Under the pieces are notes generated by a model, which was not told where the DNA came from, did no database searches, and worked only from the letters and a program-made list of their open reading frames with translations. DNA of 124,000 nt from Wallemia ichthyophaga EXF-994. Its lineage: Eukaryota; Fungi; Basidiomycota. Of the stretch, positions 93,039 through 106,620 are shown piece after piece; within the stretch, counting starts at the first letter, position 1; the number at the start of each line of letters is the position of its first letter. The DNA lies in contig NW_008806277.1 of the NCBI RefSeq assembly GCF_000400465.1, forward strand, positions 20,001-144,000, read 5' to 3'. Made by a program: the position numbers and the translations under genes.

Positions 93039-93917
93039 ATGACGTTGATCGACTTTCCTAAGTGCGAGTGCGAGGGCGAGATTGAGAAGGCTACACACAC
93101 ACAAGCCACATCACGCAAATTTCCGCTCAGTCTGCCTTTCGATCTGCGTATGTTTGCGGTGACTTGGCGCCCGCGGCCGGCGACCGCCCCCACATACACA
93201 GCCACCGTCAACGAGAAGCGGATCGCACTGGGCGTAGAGCTGCTCGAGAAGGCTATCGAGGCTGACAGGAGGCGCGACGATGAGCTCTGCTGTACGTATG
93301 CGATTTACAGCGCTCTATCGCTGCAGCTGCCCGATAAGACGCGTTCTGAAATTTATAACAGATGAGGCATATTTCCACGCGGTGGACCTAATATTCAGTG
93401 CAATCAACGAGCGCAAGGAGATGGACTCAAGGCGCATGGAGCACCTCGAGAGCATGATCAATTGCCATTTGCTCAAGCTGGGACTGACGCCAGTGAGCTG
93501 CACAAAAGACCGCGGCGGCGGTTGGCGGGAAGGAGTAATTGAGACGAGCACCGCGATAGCCGTGGCTGCCAAGAAAAGCAAAGTGGGGAAGCGTACTGCT
93601 GTTGGTTTGCTACTCACGCTGCTCAGCTCCACCAATACGCGTTGGGCGGGTTAATCAGCATCGTCAACGCACTCAGACAACTCAATGAGAGATTTCAAAT
93701 ATCTTGGCGTCTCGTCAACGCACTCGAACGCGCAGTCGCGCTCTTTGTCCGCCTTGATAGCCACTTGGGTCTCCACCAATCAGCTTGCGAGATTGGCTGG
93801 ACGGCGTGGGAGGCCACAGTGAAAGCTGCGATAGCTTATGCTCAAGCGGGTGCGTCGACGGCAACATCTCCAGCGTCATCTTCGGTGTCATCTCCATCTC
93901 GAGTGAAATACCAGTAG
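93039..93917 (+). CDS. Hypothetical protein with a MIT-like helical domain (multi-exon)
   Basis: Spliced IALGVELLEKAIEADRRRDDELCYEAYFHAVDLI. Confidence 0.55.
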
Positions 93918-94019
93918 TCTTTAGATGAATTGATATAATTTCTGTATTTAATAAAGCATTTTAAGTTCAATAAACTATAAACACATCTTGGTAGTGTACA
94001 ACGACGATCAGCGCTAGAG

Positions 94020-97000
94020 ATGAACAAGCCACGCGAGTCAAAAGTGGTCGATATTGACAGCAGCGACGATGACGCGGCGGGCGATGACAGCAACAAGCGC
94101 AAGGATGGCGTAATTGATCTTACCAACGACGACGACGATGATGTTGTTATCAAGAGCACGCCAAAGCCACAGCCACCACAGCAGCCAATATCATTCGATC
94201 CGCTGTCTCCATCTGCACCGGTGTGTATTGGTGAAATAACATGCACTGCACTCGTGATGATTCCTTCGAATTATATCCAAACGACTCCCGAGGTTTGGAA
94301 GGACGTCCGCTTGGCTTATGTGCCTCAACTCAATCATTCTACTCAGAATCCTCCAATTGAAACTATACGCGTATACCCTCCTGCTCATGTTCTCGGACAG
94401 ACTCCTGCACTTAGCCTCGGTGCTGGTCAGATGCGCATCCAGGACAGCTTTGCCGTTGTTGATCGCCGCACTGCGGGCGTTTTGGGCCCTTTGATGCTTC
94501 AGCGTTGTGTACGAATTGAAGGCGTCGTTAAAACAAAGTCAGGAAGCGTGAGTTGAGTTGCTTATCTAATAGTCCACTCTCACCCATCTACAAACAGCCA
94601 ATGATGCTCCCTATGAAACTCCTTCTATTCACCAGACGTGACTTAATGGAGAAAATTGCACACGTTGTCCTCCACGCAGGCATTGCCATCGAAGAGCCAG
94701 AAAGATATAGACCAGACAAACATTGCAACGCTTGGTATGAGTCGCCTGCTATTGTCAAGACCTTTAGTAAACATGGTTTTCCTTCTACTAATATACCCTC
94801 CTATGGCCCACTCACTAATGACTCGTCCTCCTCCCTCAATCCTTACTCTTATCGGCCTCAATACACTGGCCACGCAAAGACAACCGAAGTCAATCGCTCT
94901 CAGCAAGCTAACGAAATGCTTGGCAAAATATCCGTCGATGAACTCCCTGAAACTCTCGCTTCATCTAGAATAGCGACTACTCTCTACCCTCATCAGAAAC
95001 AGGCGCTGACTTTTTTACTTGAGTGCGAACGTGATCCTCGTAGATCCACAAATGAATCTGACAAATTCTCCTTCTGGAAGCAAAGTAAAGATAAAAGGAA
95101 ATTCCAGCATATTATCACACACAACTACCTCAACCAGGAACCTGCTGGATGTCGCGGTGCTATTTTAGCAGACGATATGGGACTCGGTAAGACTATCTCA
95201 GTTGTCGCGTTGATTGCGTCCACGTTCGAGTCTGCAAATGATTATGCATTGGCTGGTCCGAGTAAATCAGACACAGAAAAAAAACCAAAGAGGCAGGAAA
95301 TGAAAGCTCCAGATGCTTCCCATTTCAGTAGCAAATTCGCTATACCTGGCATGCCTCAATCTAACTCTGGTATTACCGACTCATTTCGAAAAGAAAATGA
95401 CGACCAACTCGAAGGTGCTTCTGGAAAATCACGTCGATTGCGCAAAGAGAGGCTTCAAATTAGGAGTAAAGCGACTGTAATTGTCAGTCCCTTATCTACG
95501 CTAAGTAATTGGGAGGAACAGTTCAGTGATCACATGACAACTAAGCCGCATTTCTATCGTCATGAGGAAAGACCGCCAAGAAAACGCAAAGACGATGGAC
95601 TGAATATTTATATATATCATGGCAATAATCGCAAGAAAGAGGTGTCATTTCTGATGCAATTTGATGTCATTCTCACCGCCTTCTCCACCGTCGCTACTGA
95701 GTTCAGCAAACAGGATACTGCCATCAAGAAACTTCATCTTGCGCAAGAGAAATGGGATGAGATGTTGGAGAATGGTACGGCTTTCGCGAATACCAATGGA
95801 GTTAGCGACGATGATGTATCCTTTGTGTCTGACAGTGCAAGCGCATCCGGAGCCTCCTCATCGAAACCTACCAAGTTGCCACCATCATCATCATCATCAT
95901 CGACGTCCAAGCCAAAGGGTAAAGGCAAGCGTAAGAAGAAGGGTGAGGATGATCTTGAGGGTCTCTGTCCAGAGATGCTAGCAGAATTGGAGCAGAATGC
96001 CATCAACTATACTTCTCCACTTCAGCAAATCGAGTGGTTCAGAATTGTGCTCGACGAAGCCCACTATATCAAAGATCCATCAACCATGATGTCAAAGGCA
96101 GCTTCTGAACTAGCAGCTGAGAGAAGGTTGTGTTTGACGGGTACGCCTATCCAGAACAAAATTGAAGACCTTTATGCTCTGTTGAGGTTCTTGCATCTCG
96201 AACCATTTGATGAGCGCGAGACGTGGAACACGTTTATTGGCACACCCATTAAGCAGCAGCTCAATGTAGGATTTGCGAGGATCCAGATAATTATGAAGCA
96301 TATAACTATGCGTCGTACCAAGGAAATGAAGAATAAGGATGGTACCCCGATTGTCTCCCTCCCTGATCGGTCTGATGAGTTGCGTTCGTTGGAATTCAAC
96401 CCCCGAGAGAGGGCTATATATGAAAATCAACATGGTAAATCTAAGGACAAGTATCTAGATTTACGTGATGCTGATGGTTTGTCACGTGGTGGTTTTATTA
96501 GTATTTTGCAGGTATGTTGGAGTATGAGTGGTTGGTGATGCAAATTAACACTTTAAAGGAATTACTTCGTTTGAGGATGATATGCGACCATTACTGTCTA
96601 TGTCCAGATGCTGTGAACGCGTTTGCTGAATCACCACTCGCACAAGCGCAAGCTATCTTTCAGGTAATGCGCGACTCAGAAACTGCAAATTGTTTGGAAT
96701 GCTACTACGACTTTGTCCAAGCGCAGCTCCCTGGTGCGCCCAAGGAAGAAGAGGACGAGAAGCCGCTGTATGATGAAAAAGATAGGGATTTCAAAAAGCC
96801 GAAGAAGGAAGCAGGAGGAGGAGGAGGAGCACCAAGTAATGCCGTGGCACTTCCAGTTCTCAATCTCCAGTGTAACCATCTGTTATGCAGCAACTGCATA
96901 CAAAAACACATTGGCGTATGGCCCGAATTCGAGCCATTTAATTGTCCAGATTGCAAGGAGCTGGTCAGCGATCGTGAAAAGATTATCCAAATCAGTAACT

Positions 97001-97766
97001 TCAACGACACCTTTGCGTCTGTCGACAACGATCTCGCCAAGTTTGAAGACGAGCTGCCGACTTCGAAGCGGAAGAAAAGGATCGAAAGACCGGAGGAGTT
97101 TTCGACCAAGATAGAAGCACTGCTTCACGATCTCGCTGAAATATCAACAACGAATCCTCACTCACCCAACTACGACACACTCAATTTCGATGTCGACATC
97201 AAAGCTACACCGAACAAAACGATCGTATTCAGTCAGTGGACGTCTATGCTGGATTTGATTGAATATGGATTGAAGGAGTGTCAAATTGGATACGGTAGAC
97301 TCGATGGAACTATGCAGCGTGATCAGCGTGCTTTCGCTCTTGAAAGACTCAAATTTGATCCCAAGTGCGAAGTGCTCCTTATATCACTGCGTGCAGGTGG
97401 TGTAGGATTGAATCTGGTGAGTTGTGTGGTACATAGTGTACAACCCTCTCACACACCTGGCAGACTACAGCAAATAGAGTATACATGATGGACAGCTGGT
97501 GGAACGTCGCAGTGGAGAACCAAGCAGTCGACCGTGTGTGTCGTATTGGTCAAAAACGCCCCGTGCAGGTCGTCCGCTATATCATACAGAACACTATCGA
97601 GGAGCGCATTCTGCAGATACAAGAACGCAAAACAGAGCTCTTCAAGGGCGTCCTCGGATCTGGACGCCAGAGGTCCAAGGAAGAGGAGAGGAAGGAGATG
97701 CTCGAGAATATCGCTATCATGTTTGGAGAGTCGCCCGAGTCTGCGCATGTGAGGAAAAACATGTAG
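94020..97766 (+). CDS. Rad5/HLTF-like SNF2 helicase with HIRAN-like and RING domains
   Basis: GAILADDMGLGKT, VLDEAH, CLTGTPIQN, RING Cys/His, SLRAGGVGLNL. Confidence 0.92.
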
Positions 97767-98524
97767 ATGGTTGCATCGCTGTAATCTTTTCAACTCATTC
97801 ACTCATCTTTGTGGCTGGGCTGGGCTTGTCTCAGCTTTCTCAGTCGACTTTTTTTTTTAATCTCTTTTATCTTTCATTCCCCCTTACTCAGCAAACACAC
97901 AAGCATGTATCACTATGTCTTCTCAATTTTATTTATTTGTATTTAGTTTATTTGGTTGTAGGCTGTATCCATTCTATCCATTCTATCTAATCATTTGAAA
98001 CCTTTGTGAAACATTTATGAAACATATTGTCAAGTGCGATCATGGAGTGCATGGATAGACAGCTAGGTCAATCCAATGCAGGAAAGCTAAGCATGCTCCT
98101 ATGTATTCTCATTGTACGTACTTCGCTGAGGAAGGCACAGCGCTGTCTTGGAAGAAGGCTTGGCTATACCCAAATGTAAAAAACCCTAAAAATCAAACAC
98201 CTGCGTCATATGCCTGCATGATCACTTAAAATAGGCATTAGGGGGACATTTTGCTACAAGGCTCCCAACATCCTTTCACGGCTCCTCTCAGTAAATCGGC
98301 ATTGTTCTTCATCTTTAGTTATACCAGAACAGCACATATATCTTTTTTTCTCTTAAGCGGAGCATTTGTTGGTTTAAATGTTAAGAGTTAGTTAAATTGA
98401 CATTCTCAAACAATGATCAGAATGCCTCAAATTAATGTAAAGGTAGATTATATACAATACGCTGCCATAAAATTACTATGAGTGTCAGTATAATATGATT
98501 ACGTGCGCTGAATTTTGAACAAGA

Positions 98525-100269
98525 TTACATGAAGAGAACAACTTTCCCGCTGCCATTACCGCCTGCGATGCTCAAATCGTCGAGTCCAGTGAAGGGTTTC
98601 GCCGATACGACAGCCGGTACAGCGGTGATATTCTCCGTATCAACTAAATCAGCAGACGGTGCTCTATCGCCCATTGTCCACATCTCCAACGACCTCTTCA
98701 TAGAAGGAGTGATGAAAGAGGTGGGGACACCAGTCCATGGCGCTGGATTAATCCACTGCATTCTAAAAACCGACAACCATCTCCCCGTTTCGTTGTTGTG
98801 TTTGATCGAATTGACAACGTTGAGTTTATCGTCGAACACCTTAACTGTGTTGTCGAAAGACGTTGACAAAATGTTGGATCCCGTTGGAGAGTAATAAGCC
98901 GATGTGACAGCTTTCCCGTGGATGGTTCTATGCAACATGCCAATTTCCTCGCGATTGTCATAGTACGGTAGATCGTCTTCATCTTCTGTAATAGGTTCGA
99001 GTGTATTGCAATGTTTCTTAACCATTCGCATGTCGAATATACGTACAGCGTGGTCGTTGGAGGCTACACATACCTGCTGCTCGTTGGAGGGGTTGATAGA
99101 GACGGATCCGAGTTTGTTCTTGGACAACACATACCGCACACCCCTATCGCGGGATTCACGCATATCTTTTAGCGACAGTCCGCCTCCGTTGTCAGCTGCG
99201 TGCAGCAGCGAGGGCGTTTGATGGGGTATGTCGAGATGTGTGATTAGCCTATTCGTCTCCTGTTCGTATCCGTCGTTGCTACGGAAGAGTTGGGTCGATA
99301 GCCCACTCTCGAAGTCTAATTGACGGATTGTGCAGTCGTAACTGGTCGTGAATGCCTTCCTACTATCGCTAGCATCAAATCGTATGCAGGAAATAGGTGA
99401 TCCAATCACGTGTGGCTGCAAACGCCATATCTGCGCCGTGTCCTTGTCGGCGTCATATTTTAGTATGCCAAGTTGACCGTACTTGTCACCAGCAAACACC
99501 AGATCACTTTCTTTGTCAGGATGGTACTGCATGCTGTGAATGCGATTTGAGGTAACTTTTTGAATCGTTTTGAATACCAAACTATTGGCTCTTTCTTTGT
99601 ACTTGTGCACTGAATCGCTGCTGTTCGTATCTTTCTCATCTTCGACAGAATGTATGGGACGTGGAATGGCTGGTCGTGATGCCAAATAGCCTGAAAGCTC
99701 CTTCGCTATTAGCTCATCATTCTCGTCATCATCTTCTTCGTCATCCTCATCCTCATCATCCTCCTTCTTGGCTTTCTCCTCCTTTTTCACACTCTCGCCG
99801 CACTTCTTGCTGTGTATGTACTCTACCGGATCGCGCTTAAGTAGCTCGAGTATGGGCATATCATTCCTACGCGTTTCGTGCTCAATTCTCCGCTTTTCAT
99901 CTTTGCGTTGTGCTTCGCGTTCTAGTTCCGTCTCTAGCTGCTCGCGGCTCGCTTTCTTGTCTTCTTCGGTCGTAGGAACGCGTCTGCTCGAACGTCTGGG
100001 TGGGTCTGCAGCAACTGCTTTGTCTGCATCTTCCTCCCTCTTCACCCTCTTCTTGGCTGGTTGCTGCTTCTGCTGTTTCTGCTGCCTGGGTTTCGCATCA
100101 TCACTGTCGTGCGATCGCTTCCCAAACACCTCCTTCGACGCCTCGCCTAGTCCAAGTTGCTCGAGAAGACGGTTGTTCTCCTCGATGTTCTTCAGTCGCT
100201 GTCGCTCACTAGCGTGTATTAGCGGATTGCAGTGAGCGCAGAACCACAAGCGTACTACTCTGAACCCAT
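98525..100269 (-). CDS. CMR1: DNA damage-binding WD40 protein Cmr1/WDR76
   Basis: MGSEY|ERQRLKNIEEN, VFAGDKYGQLG, HNNETGRWLSVF. Confidence 0.9.
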
Positions 100270-100479
100270 TTTGAGCACTTGTTTTGATGTTCGGTGTCGG
100301 TGATTAAGTTTACTGGGTCAGTGGCGATTACATTTGATTGCATCCGATAGCGACTGATAGCAGCTTCCAAATAGACTTTACCTGAGCTAGCTAGTTGATG
100401 ACTGTTTTACGCGTCACTTAACTTATCACTCGCTAATAATTAACAATTACAATATATACCACAATAAAACGCAACAGCA

Positions 100480-102130
100480 CGCGTAAATCTATCCTAGTAA
100501 AAATACAACAAACACAATTCAACCCATTTGCAACCGCAAATCTAAAGCCATCAGAGTCAGTGCAAGGTTTAGCAGCAGTTAGGCAAGGTCTAGTATGAGC
100601 GTCCGGGAATACTTAAGAGGCTTTCGGGAACTTCTCTGCACCGAGTAGACCGAGTTCAAGGGATTTGATGCGCGTATCGTTTATGTAGAACAAAGGCGTA
100701 TACCCGTCTTAGGTAGAGGGTTTAGGGAAATTGGCGAGACCGATGGCATTTTAGAGGGCTTATCGGACTCATATGCCTCCTCAAAGGTTAGAGTGTGATC
100801 ATACAATTCTACGATACTACCTATGGATGATGCTATGATTTGTTACCCGACGGTGAATAATGAGCATTCAGTCACCGATGATTGTTCTGATAGCCATAAA
100901 ACAATCCTTCAACGTCAAATACATCTTCCGTGGGAGTTTTATTTGAATTTCGACTATCACTCTTCTGCAGCCCACTCACATCGAAAACTCGAAGTGTTTT
101001 ATCTGCACTTGCCAGAAAAATCTCAAACTGGTTGGCTGGATTGATCGAGACGCTATTTAGTGCTTTAATGGATTAGCTAAATTTTTCAACGGTTTCATCG
101101 TTATTCCGAATGCGCGCTTCAGTGATTGCCAACCTTCCTTGTGAGTCAGACATATAGATGATGTTTGGAGAGTTGTAATGTGCATCTATACCCAACACAT
101201 CAACTGAATCACCTTTAAAAGTCTTGTCGAGCAGACTTGGAGGATCGAAGAGCATTTGGAACACTTTACTCGACACACCAGTCTCAAAATCCAACAACAC
101301 TCGAACCGTTGAATCGGCGCAGACTGTATAAAGTTTACGGTAACAATGAGGATCTAGGAGGTTGTTGTTGATTGAATGACTTCTAACGTGTGGCTGTAGT
101401 CTCCATACTTCAGAATGATTTGCGTGTTTTGTGATACCAAGTTGGCCCTGCTTATCTCAAGTAAAGATAAGCTCAGATGATCGATCTGGGTGGTAAAGCA
101501 AAACAATTGGACTACTAGTCACAGCTTTAGTTCTGCAATAAGGTCTGCGTTTTTCTTTTTGGATCGCTGCTGAGTGTTCAAAACGACAGGAGAAATGCGG
101601 AATCTTGATCGTCTTTGGATCTCTTGAACAAGTTTGTTTTAGGTCATTTTTGGAACAGAACGGAGTTATTAGTGTAGATCAGCAGAGTTTTGCGCGTCCA
101701 ACTGATCCTGATAACACTCGTATTCTGCAGCATCGTCCCAAACATCGTCATAAACCGAGAAAAATACTGCGTCAAGTACGTCCAAACGCCTAGCAAACTT
101801 CCAAAGGTGAACTTTTTTGCGTTACTCTTCAGAATCAACAGAGTAAAGAGTTGGATCTTATTAATAAGAGTATGAATTGAGTGCTCAGAATAATAAGAGT
101901 TATTATCAAGGCTCCAGCGCTCTTCCAGCATTTCACCAAGCCCAGTTTTATCTGGTCTATAAAGTTCGGCATATCTTCTATAGGACTGATTCTTTGCAAT
102001 GATGCTTAGCGATTTATTGTAAGTTGGAATCTTTCGTTCTCTTTCAGGATCCTTATGATTAGTTTGAAATTCACTTGGATTGATGTGCCATGATACCTTT
102101 AATGCCTTTGATAGGAAATGCTTTGTAAAT
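100480..102130 (-). pseudogene. Diverged, disrupted tandem paralogue of CMR1
   Basis: KLYTVCADSTVRVLLDFETG, SINPANQ..ASADKTLRVFD, AHYSPSGNK and TAAKPCTD align with CMR1; in-frame TGA at 100872-100874 and frameshift near 100840. Confidence 0.7.
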
Positions 102131-102183
102131 GACGGTAACTATTACAACATAATTGATTGTGATATACTTGTACGAATTACTCT

Positions 102184-102555
102184 TTACTTTCTGTGCCGCT
102201 TGCTAGCATTCCTCTCTCAATATTCTCCACTGTTTTCCTGTGATTTGCTCAGTTGAGTCTTAAGACATTGTATTTGATACGAACAATTTCTGTTCGCGGA
102301 TCTTTGTCAGTTCCTCAATAAGCTTCAGTTGGTCCTCCTTTGTCAAATTGGCGCCTTGGATATTTCGCACTTTCTCATGAGACTTGTCCAAATTCGTTTT
102401 CAACTCTTTAGCCTGTATTGGGGGTTTGAGGGTGTCAAACTACACGAAACTAACCCGCTCACTGCCTTTGATGCTGCCTGTGTATTACCGCTGCTTATAT
102501 GCTCAGTTGTTTGCGCTATCAGCGGCAGTAATGATCCGAAGCTATCGTCAGCCAT
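102184..102555 (-). CDS. Small helical protein, Mediator Med9-like (3 exons, absent from the ORF track)
   Basis: Spliced MADDSFGSLLPLIAQ...AKELKTNLDKSHEKVRNIQGANLTKEDQLKLIEEL. Confidence 0.5.
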
Positions 102556-103031
102556 GATGTGATAAGTGAGAGAGTGTATGGTATGTTAATTTTATGTGAT
102601 ATAACCAATACATTTGTGGATCTATAGCGCTACACATACTTGAAAATATAAATCCAGATGGAGTGCAGGTGGCGTGCAAGGCTTCGTGAAGGCTTTAGGA
102701 AGAGATTAATGAACATGTATAATATCAAGCAGCCTCAAAGCAATATGAATAACGCACAAAACCACCCCCTCTCGCCCTCCAGAGAGGTGTAAAAACTTCA
102801 CCCAAAATGACTGAAGGATGAGAATACAAGCGCGAGCAATACAATACCACCCTCATAAACCCCCTGATACTCCCACACAATTAAATATTTGAGTCTTTTA
102901 ATTTTTTTAATTCTCCAGCCTCCGTCTTCGTAAATTTGAGAGGCGCCTTCTTGTCGAACGAGCGTGAGGAAGTGAGTGAATATCTCGTGGCTATAAGGAA
103001 ACACATTGACGGGTGTTTGAAATAGAGCAGT

Positions 103032-103675
103032 ATGGTCAATCTCAGATCTCAGAAACGTATTGCTTCTGCAGTCTTAGGATGCGGTAAACGTAAGGTCTGG
103101 CTCGACCCAGCTGAGCAAAAAGAAATTGCTCAAGCTAACAGCCGTGCCAACATCCGTAAGCTCGCTAAGGTGGGTAACAAGTCTTTTGAATTGAATTTCC
103201 CTCACGAGACTTTCAGGACGGCCATGTCATCCGCAAGCCAGCTTTGATGCACTCACGTTCACGCGTCCGTGAAACTCACGCTGCTAAGCGTGCCGGTCGC
103301 CACACTGGCCTCGGTAAGCGTAAGGGTACCGCTGAAGCTAGGATGCCTTCCAAGGTCGTTTGGATGCGCCGCCAGAGAGTTCTCCGTCGCTTGCTCAGAA
103401 GATACAGGGAATCTGGCAAGATTGATAAGCACCTCTACCACTCCCTCTACCTCAAGTCAAAGGGTAACACTTTCAAGAACAAGCGTGTCCTTATGGAGCA
103501 CATCCACAAGGCTAAGGCTGAGGTCTTGCGTACTCAACGTCTCACTGACTCCGCTGAGGCTCGTCGTGCTGCTAACAAGGCTCTCCGTCTCCGTCGTGCT
103601 GCTAGAGTCGCTGAGAAGCGCTCAGGTATCACTCAAGTCGAGCACACTGACAACGTCGCCGCTACTCAAGCTTAA
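103032..103675 (+). CDS. RPL19: 60S ribosomal protein L19
   Basis: [26 protein letters not shown]; [12 protein letters not shown]. Confidence 0.99.
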
Positions 103676-103964
103676 ATTGGCACTATTTAAAAGTGGAGTG
103701 TTTTGTTGGGTCACATATCGTCTCACACATGTATATTGTTTATCATTTACGCTCGAAAATTTTTGGTCGTCTGTGATAGTGGCTTGGTCTGTATCGAGTG
103801 GTTATGCGGGGGATTGTATACACCAAATACAAACTTTAACTGCGGCAGATGCACAGATTATATTTTTAGAACTCGGCGGGCTGCCATCGGGAATCGGTCG
103901 TTCGGAAATCCCTCTCGCACCGAATCAGCTAGGGCTGATAGCTGATTACGCTTTCTTATCAACA

Positions 103965-106362
103965 ATGAAATCAGACGACGAAAGTACTTTACACAGCGAG
104001 CGCCACAGCCATAATAATTCACTCAGTAATCTCAACATACGCTGTGGTGGCGATCACACTGGCGATTACGATAAGGCGACGAATTTGGAAATAAAAGGTC
104101 AGGAATTACAGCGGGAGCAACGTACTGATGATCGCGTCTCTGATAAAGGATCAGAAATTAATACCGATAAGCAGCAACAGCAGCGGCAGCACGATGCTTC
104201 TACATCTAATAGCACTCCTGAGCATACCAACAATGGAGAGAATGCAGTCGTTGAGAAGGAACAGCGCACTGATGGTCTCGATGATCAGACAAACTTAATG
104301 CCCCGGAAACAGATCATCGTCGTGTTCATGGGAGTCTCGAGCGCACTATTTATAAGTCTACTCGATCAGACGGTGATAAGCACAGCTTTACCTGATATTT
104401 CCAGCGAATTCCACGCTGCAGGGAAGGGTAATTGGTGCGTAGACCGCTAAGTATCAGCCCTTTGAAACTAAAAAAAATTATGACAGGGTTGCTACATCTT
104501 ACCTGCTCACAAGCACAGCGGTAATAACCTTCTGGTCACGTCTGAGTGATCTAATCGGCAGGAAGTTAGTACTACAAATCAACTTGATCATCTTTTTCAT
104601 AGGAAGTCTAGCATGTGCACTGTCCACTACAATTACAATGCTTATCGGCTTTCGCGCTTTGGCTGGACTAGGCGGCGGAGGAATACTGAACAACGTCATG
104701 GTCATTATCAGCGACATTGTATCATTGCGCGAAAGAGGAAAGGTTAGGTTGAGATGGAGTAAAATAAACCATACTAATCGTAAGCATAGTGGCAAGGACT
104801 TATTGGTGTGATTGTCGCGATAAGTAACAGTCTAGGTCCAATATTAGGGTGAGTTTTTGCCTACGTATGAAATAGACCATTTACACCGCTCTCGACTAGA
104901 GGTGTATTCACTGAAACTATTGGATGGCGCTGGATATTCTGGATCAACCTACCGCTCACAGGTGCTGCTATTTTGATCGTCCAGATATTCCTGCCTCAGA
105001 AACGTATCACATCCAACCCCCGCGAACAGATTAAACGGATAGACTATATTGGCACGATACTGGTACTTGCATCGACTACTCTGACGTTGCTGAGCTTGAA
105101 TTGGGGCGGAAATGAGTATGCATGGGACTCAGCTGTCGTCATTGCACTGCTTGTTGTTGGCGTAGTGCTCATGGTAGTCTTTGTGCTGGTAGAGGCTAGC
105201 AGCTTTATTAATCTACCCATTCTCCCAATGTATCTCTTCAACGATAGGTCCGTCTCAGCTAGCTTCTTCTGCACTTTCTTTAGCGGTACCATCTTCTACG
105301 GGGCTCTTTACTTCCTACCGCATTATTTACAAGTTGTTAAGGAATACAGTCCTTTGCGATCAGGAGTGGTGCTGCTGGGACTGATCCTTACCCAAAGTGG
105401 GTTGTTGATATGTCTCACTCAATAAACGCTAACAAGGCCAAAACAGCATTGTTTTCATTCACATCGGGAGTGATTGTGTCTAAAACTGGAGGTTATAGGG
105501 TGAACATATGGACTGGATTTCTAATGTGGACTATTGGACTCGGGTTATTCACAATGCTCAGCCCGTCAACAAGTATTGCAGAATTCGTTGGATTCTCAGT
105601 GATTTCAGGTGAGACATACCTTGCTTGTTGAGCGAAACTCAATGTGATAAAGGTTTTGGTGCGGGGAATACATTCCAGACGACGTTACTGAGGTTGGTAT
105701 ATTGCTTAATGAAAGACAAGCACACTCAAATTTCGTAGCGTACAGGCTGCTGTTAAAAGGCAAGAGATTGCAGTTGCGACGGGAGGTAAGTGAGACTTTT
105801 CCGAAACATAAATGTAATCAATCTCAAACTAACTGTATCATATACAGGTCGTAACTTTATACGGCTCCTTGGGGGTACGATTGGACTTGCACTGTGCGAT
105901 GTTATATTGAGGAACACGTTGATTACGGGATTACACAGTTTAGGGTCAAGTGTAAGTGAAATCAACGAAATCACGCAGGATCCTACGGCTATTCGGACCG
106001 TTGAAGGGATAGATACCGGGAAGGTGTTGGGGATTTACTGTGACGGAATTCGAAATATATTCATACTATTTACAGCTGCATCGGGTGAGTTATAAGATTA
106101 AGCGGTTTGCGTCGGGTAATCAGACCAATAATTACGAATTTGCAGGCGCGTCATTTGCATGCAGCCTTCTGATTCGTCAATGTAAGTCGCGTACCCATTC
106201 GGTTAAGATGAGATAATCAGATATGACGTAGATGCGTTGGACAAGCCAGATGACCAGATATTGAAGGAGGAGGGTAAGGAATGGAATGAGGAGCGTAAGA
106301 GGAAGAAGAGAATGAGGAAGGGAGGTGGTGTGGATAAGGTGGAGAATGAGGACAAAGTCTAA
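103965..106362 (+). CDS. MFS drug:H+ antiporter (DHA2/14-TM), multi-exon
   Basis: LDQTVISTALP, RALAGLGGGG, ISDIVSLRERGK, WRWIFWINLP. Confidence 0.93.
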
Positions 106363-106620
106363 AAAAGCGTCGGCAATTATGTGGAGATAGAGTTGTCTCA
106401 AGAAACCGGCGCAGGAAAGGGAGAGAATTACATGGCTACAGGGAACAAGTATAGAATATATAGATGTACAAATGTGAAATTAATAATTATCGGCCAAAGT
106501 GTGATAATAAAAATCTAACGGATCAAATAAAATTCTCAGCTTGTAACTCGAAGTAAATTGGATTGTTTCTTATAGAAATACTTCCATTAACACACACTCG
106601 TTTATAAATTTAAAGTCTCA

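Noticed and set aside
97770-98520. Relatively long intergenic gap checked for RNA genes or small ORFs
   Set aside because: No tRNA boxes, conserved RNA motif or convincing spliced ORF found by eye
102798-103004. 68-aa minus-strand ORF upstream of RPL19
   Set aside because: Lies in the RPL19 promoter region with no coding signature
103269-104450. 393-aa ORF spanning RPL19 and the MFS gene
   Set aside because: It is an off-frame run through RPL19 and the intergenic gap into the true MFS frame, whose ATG is at 103965
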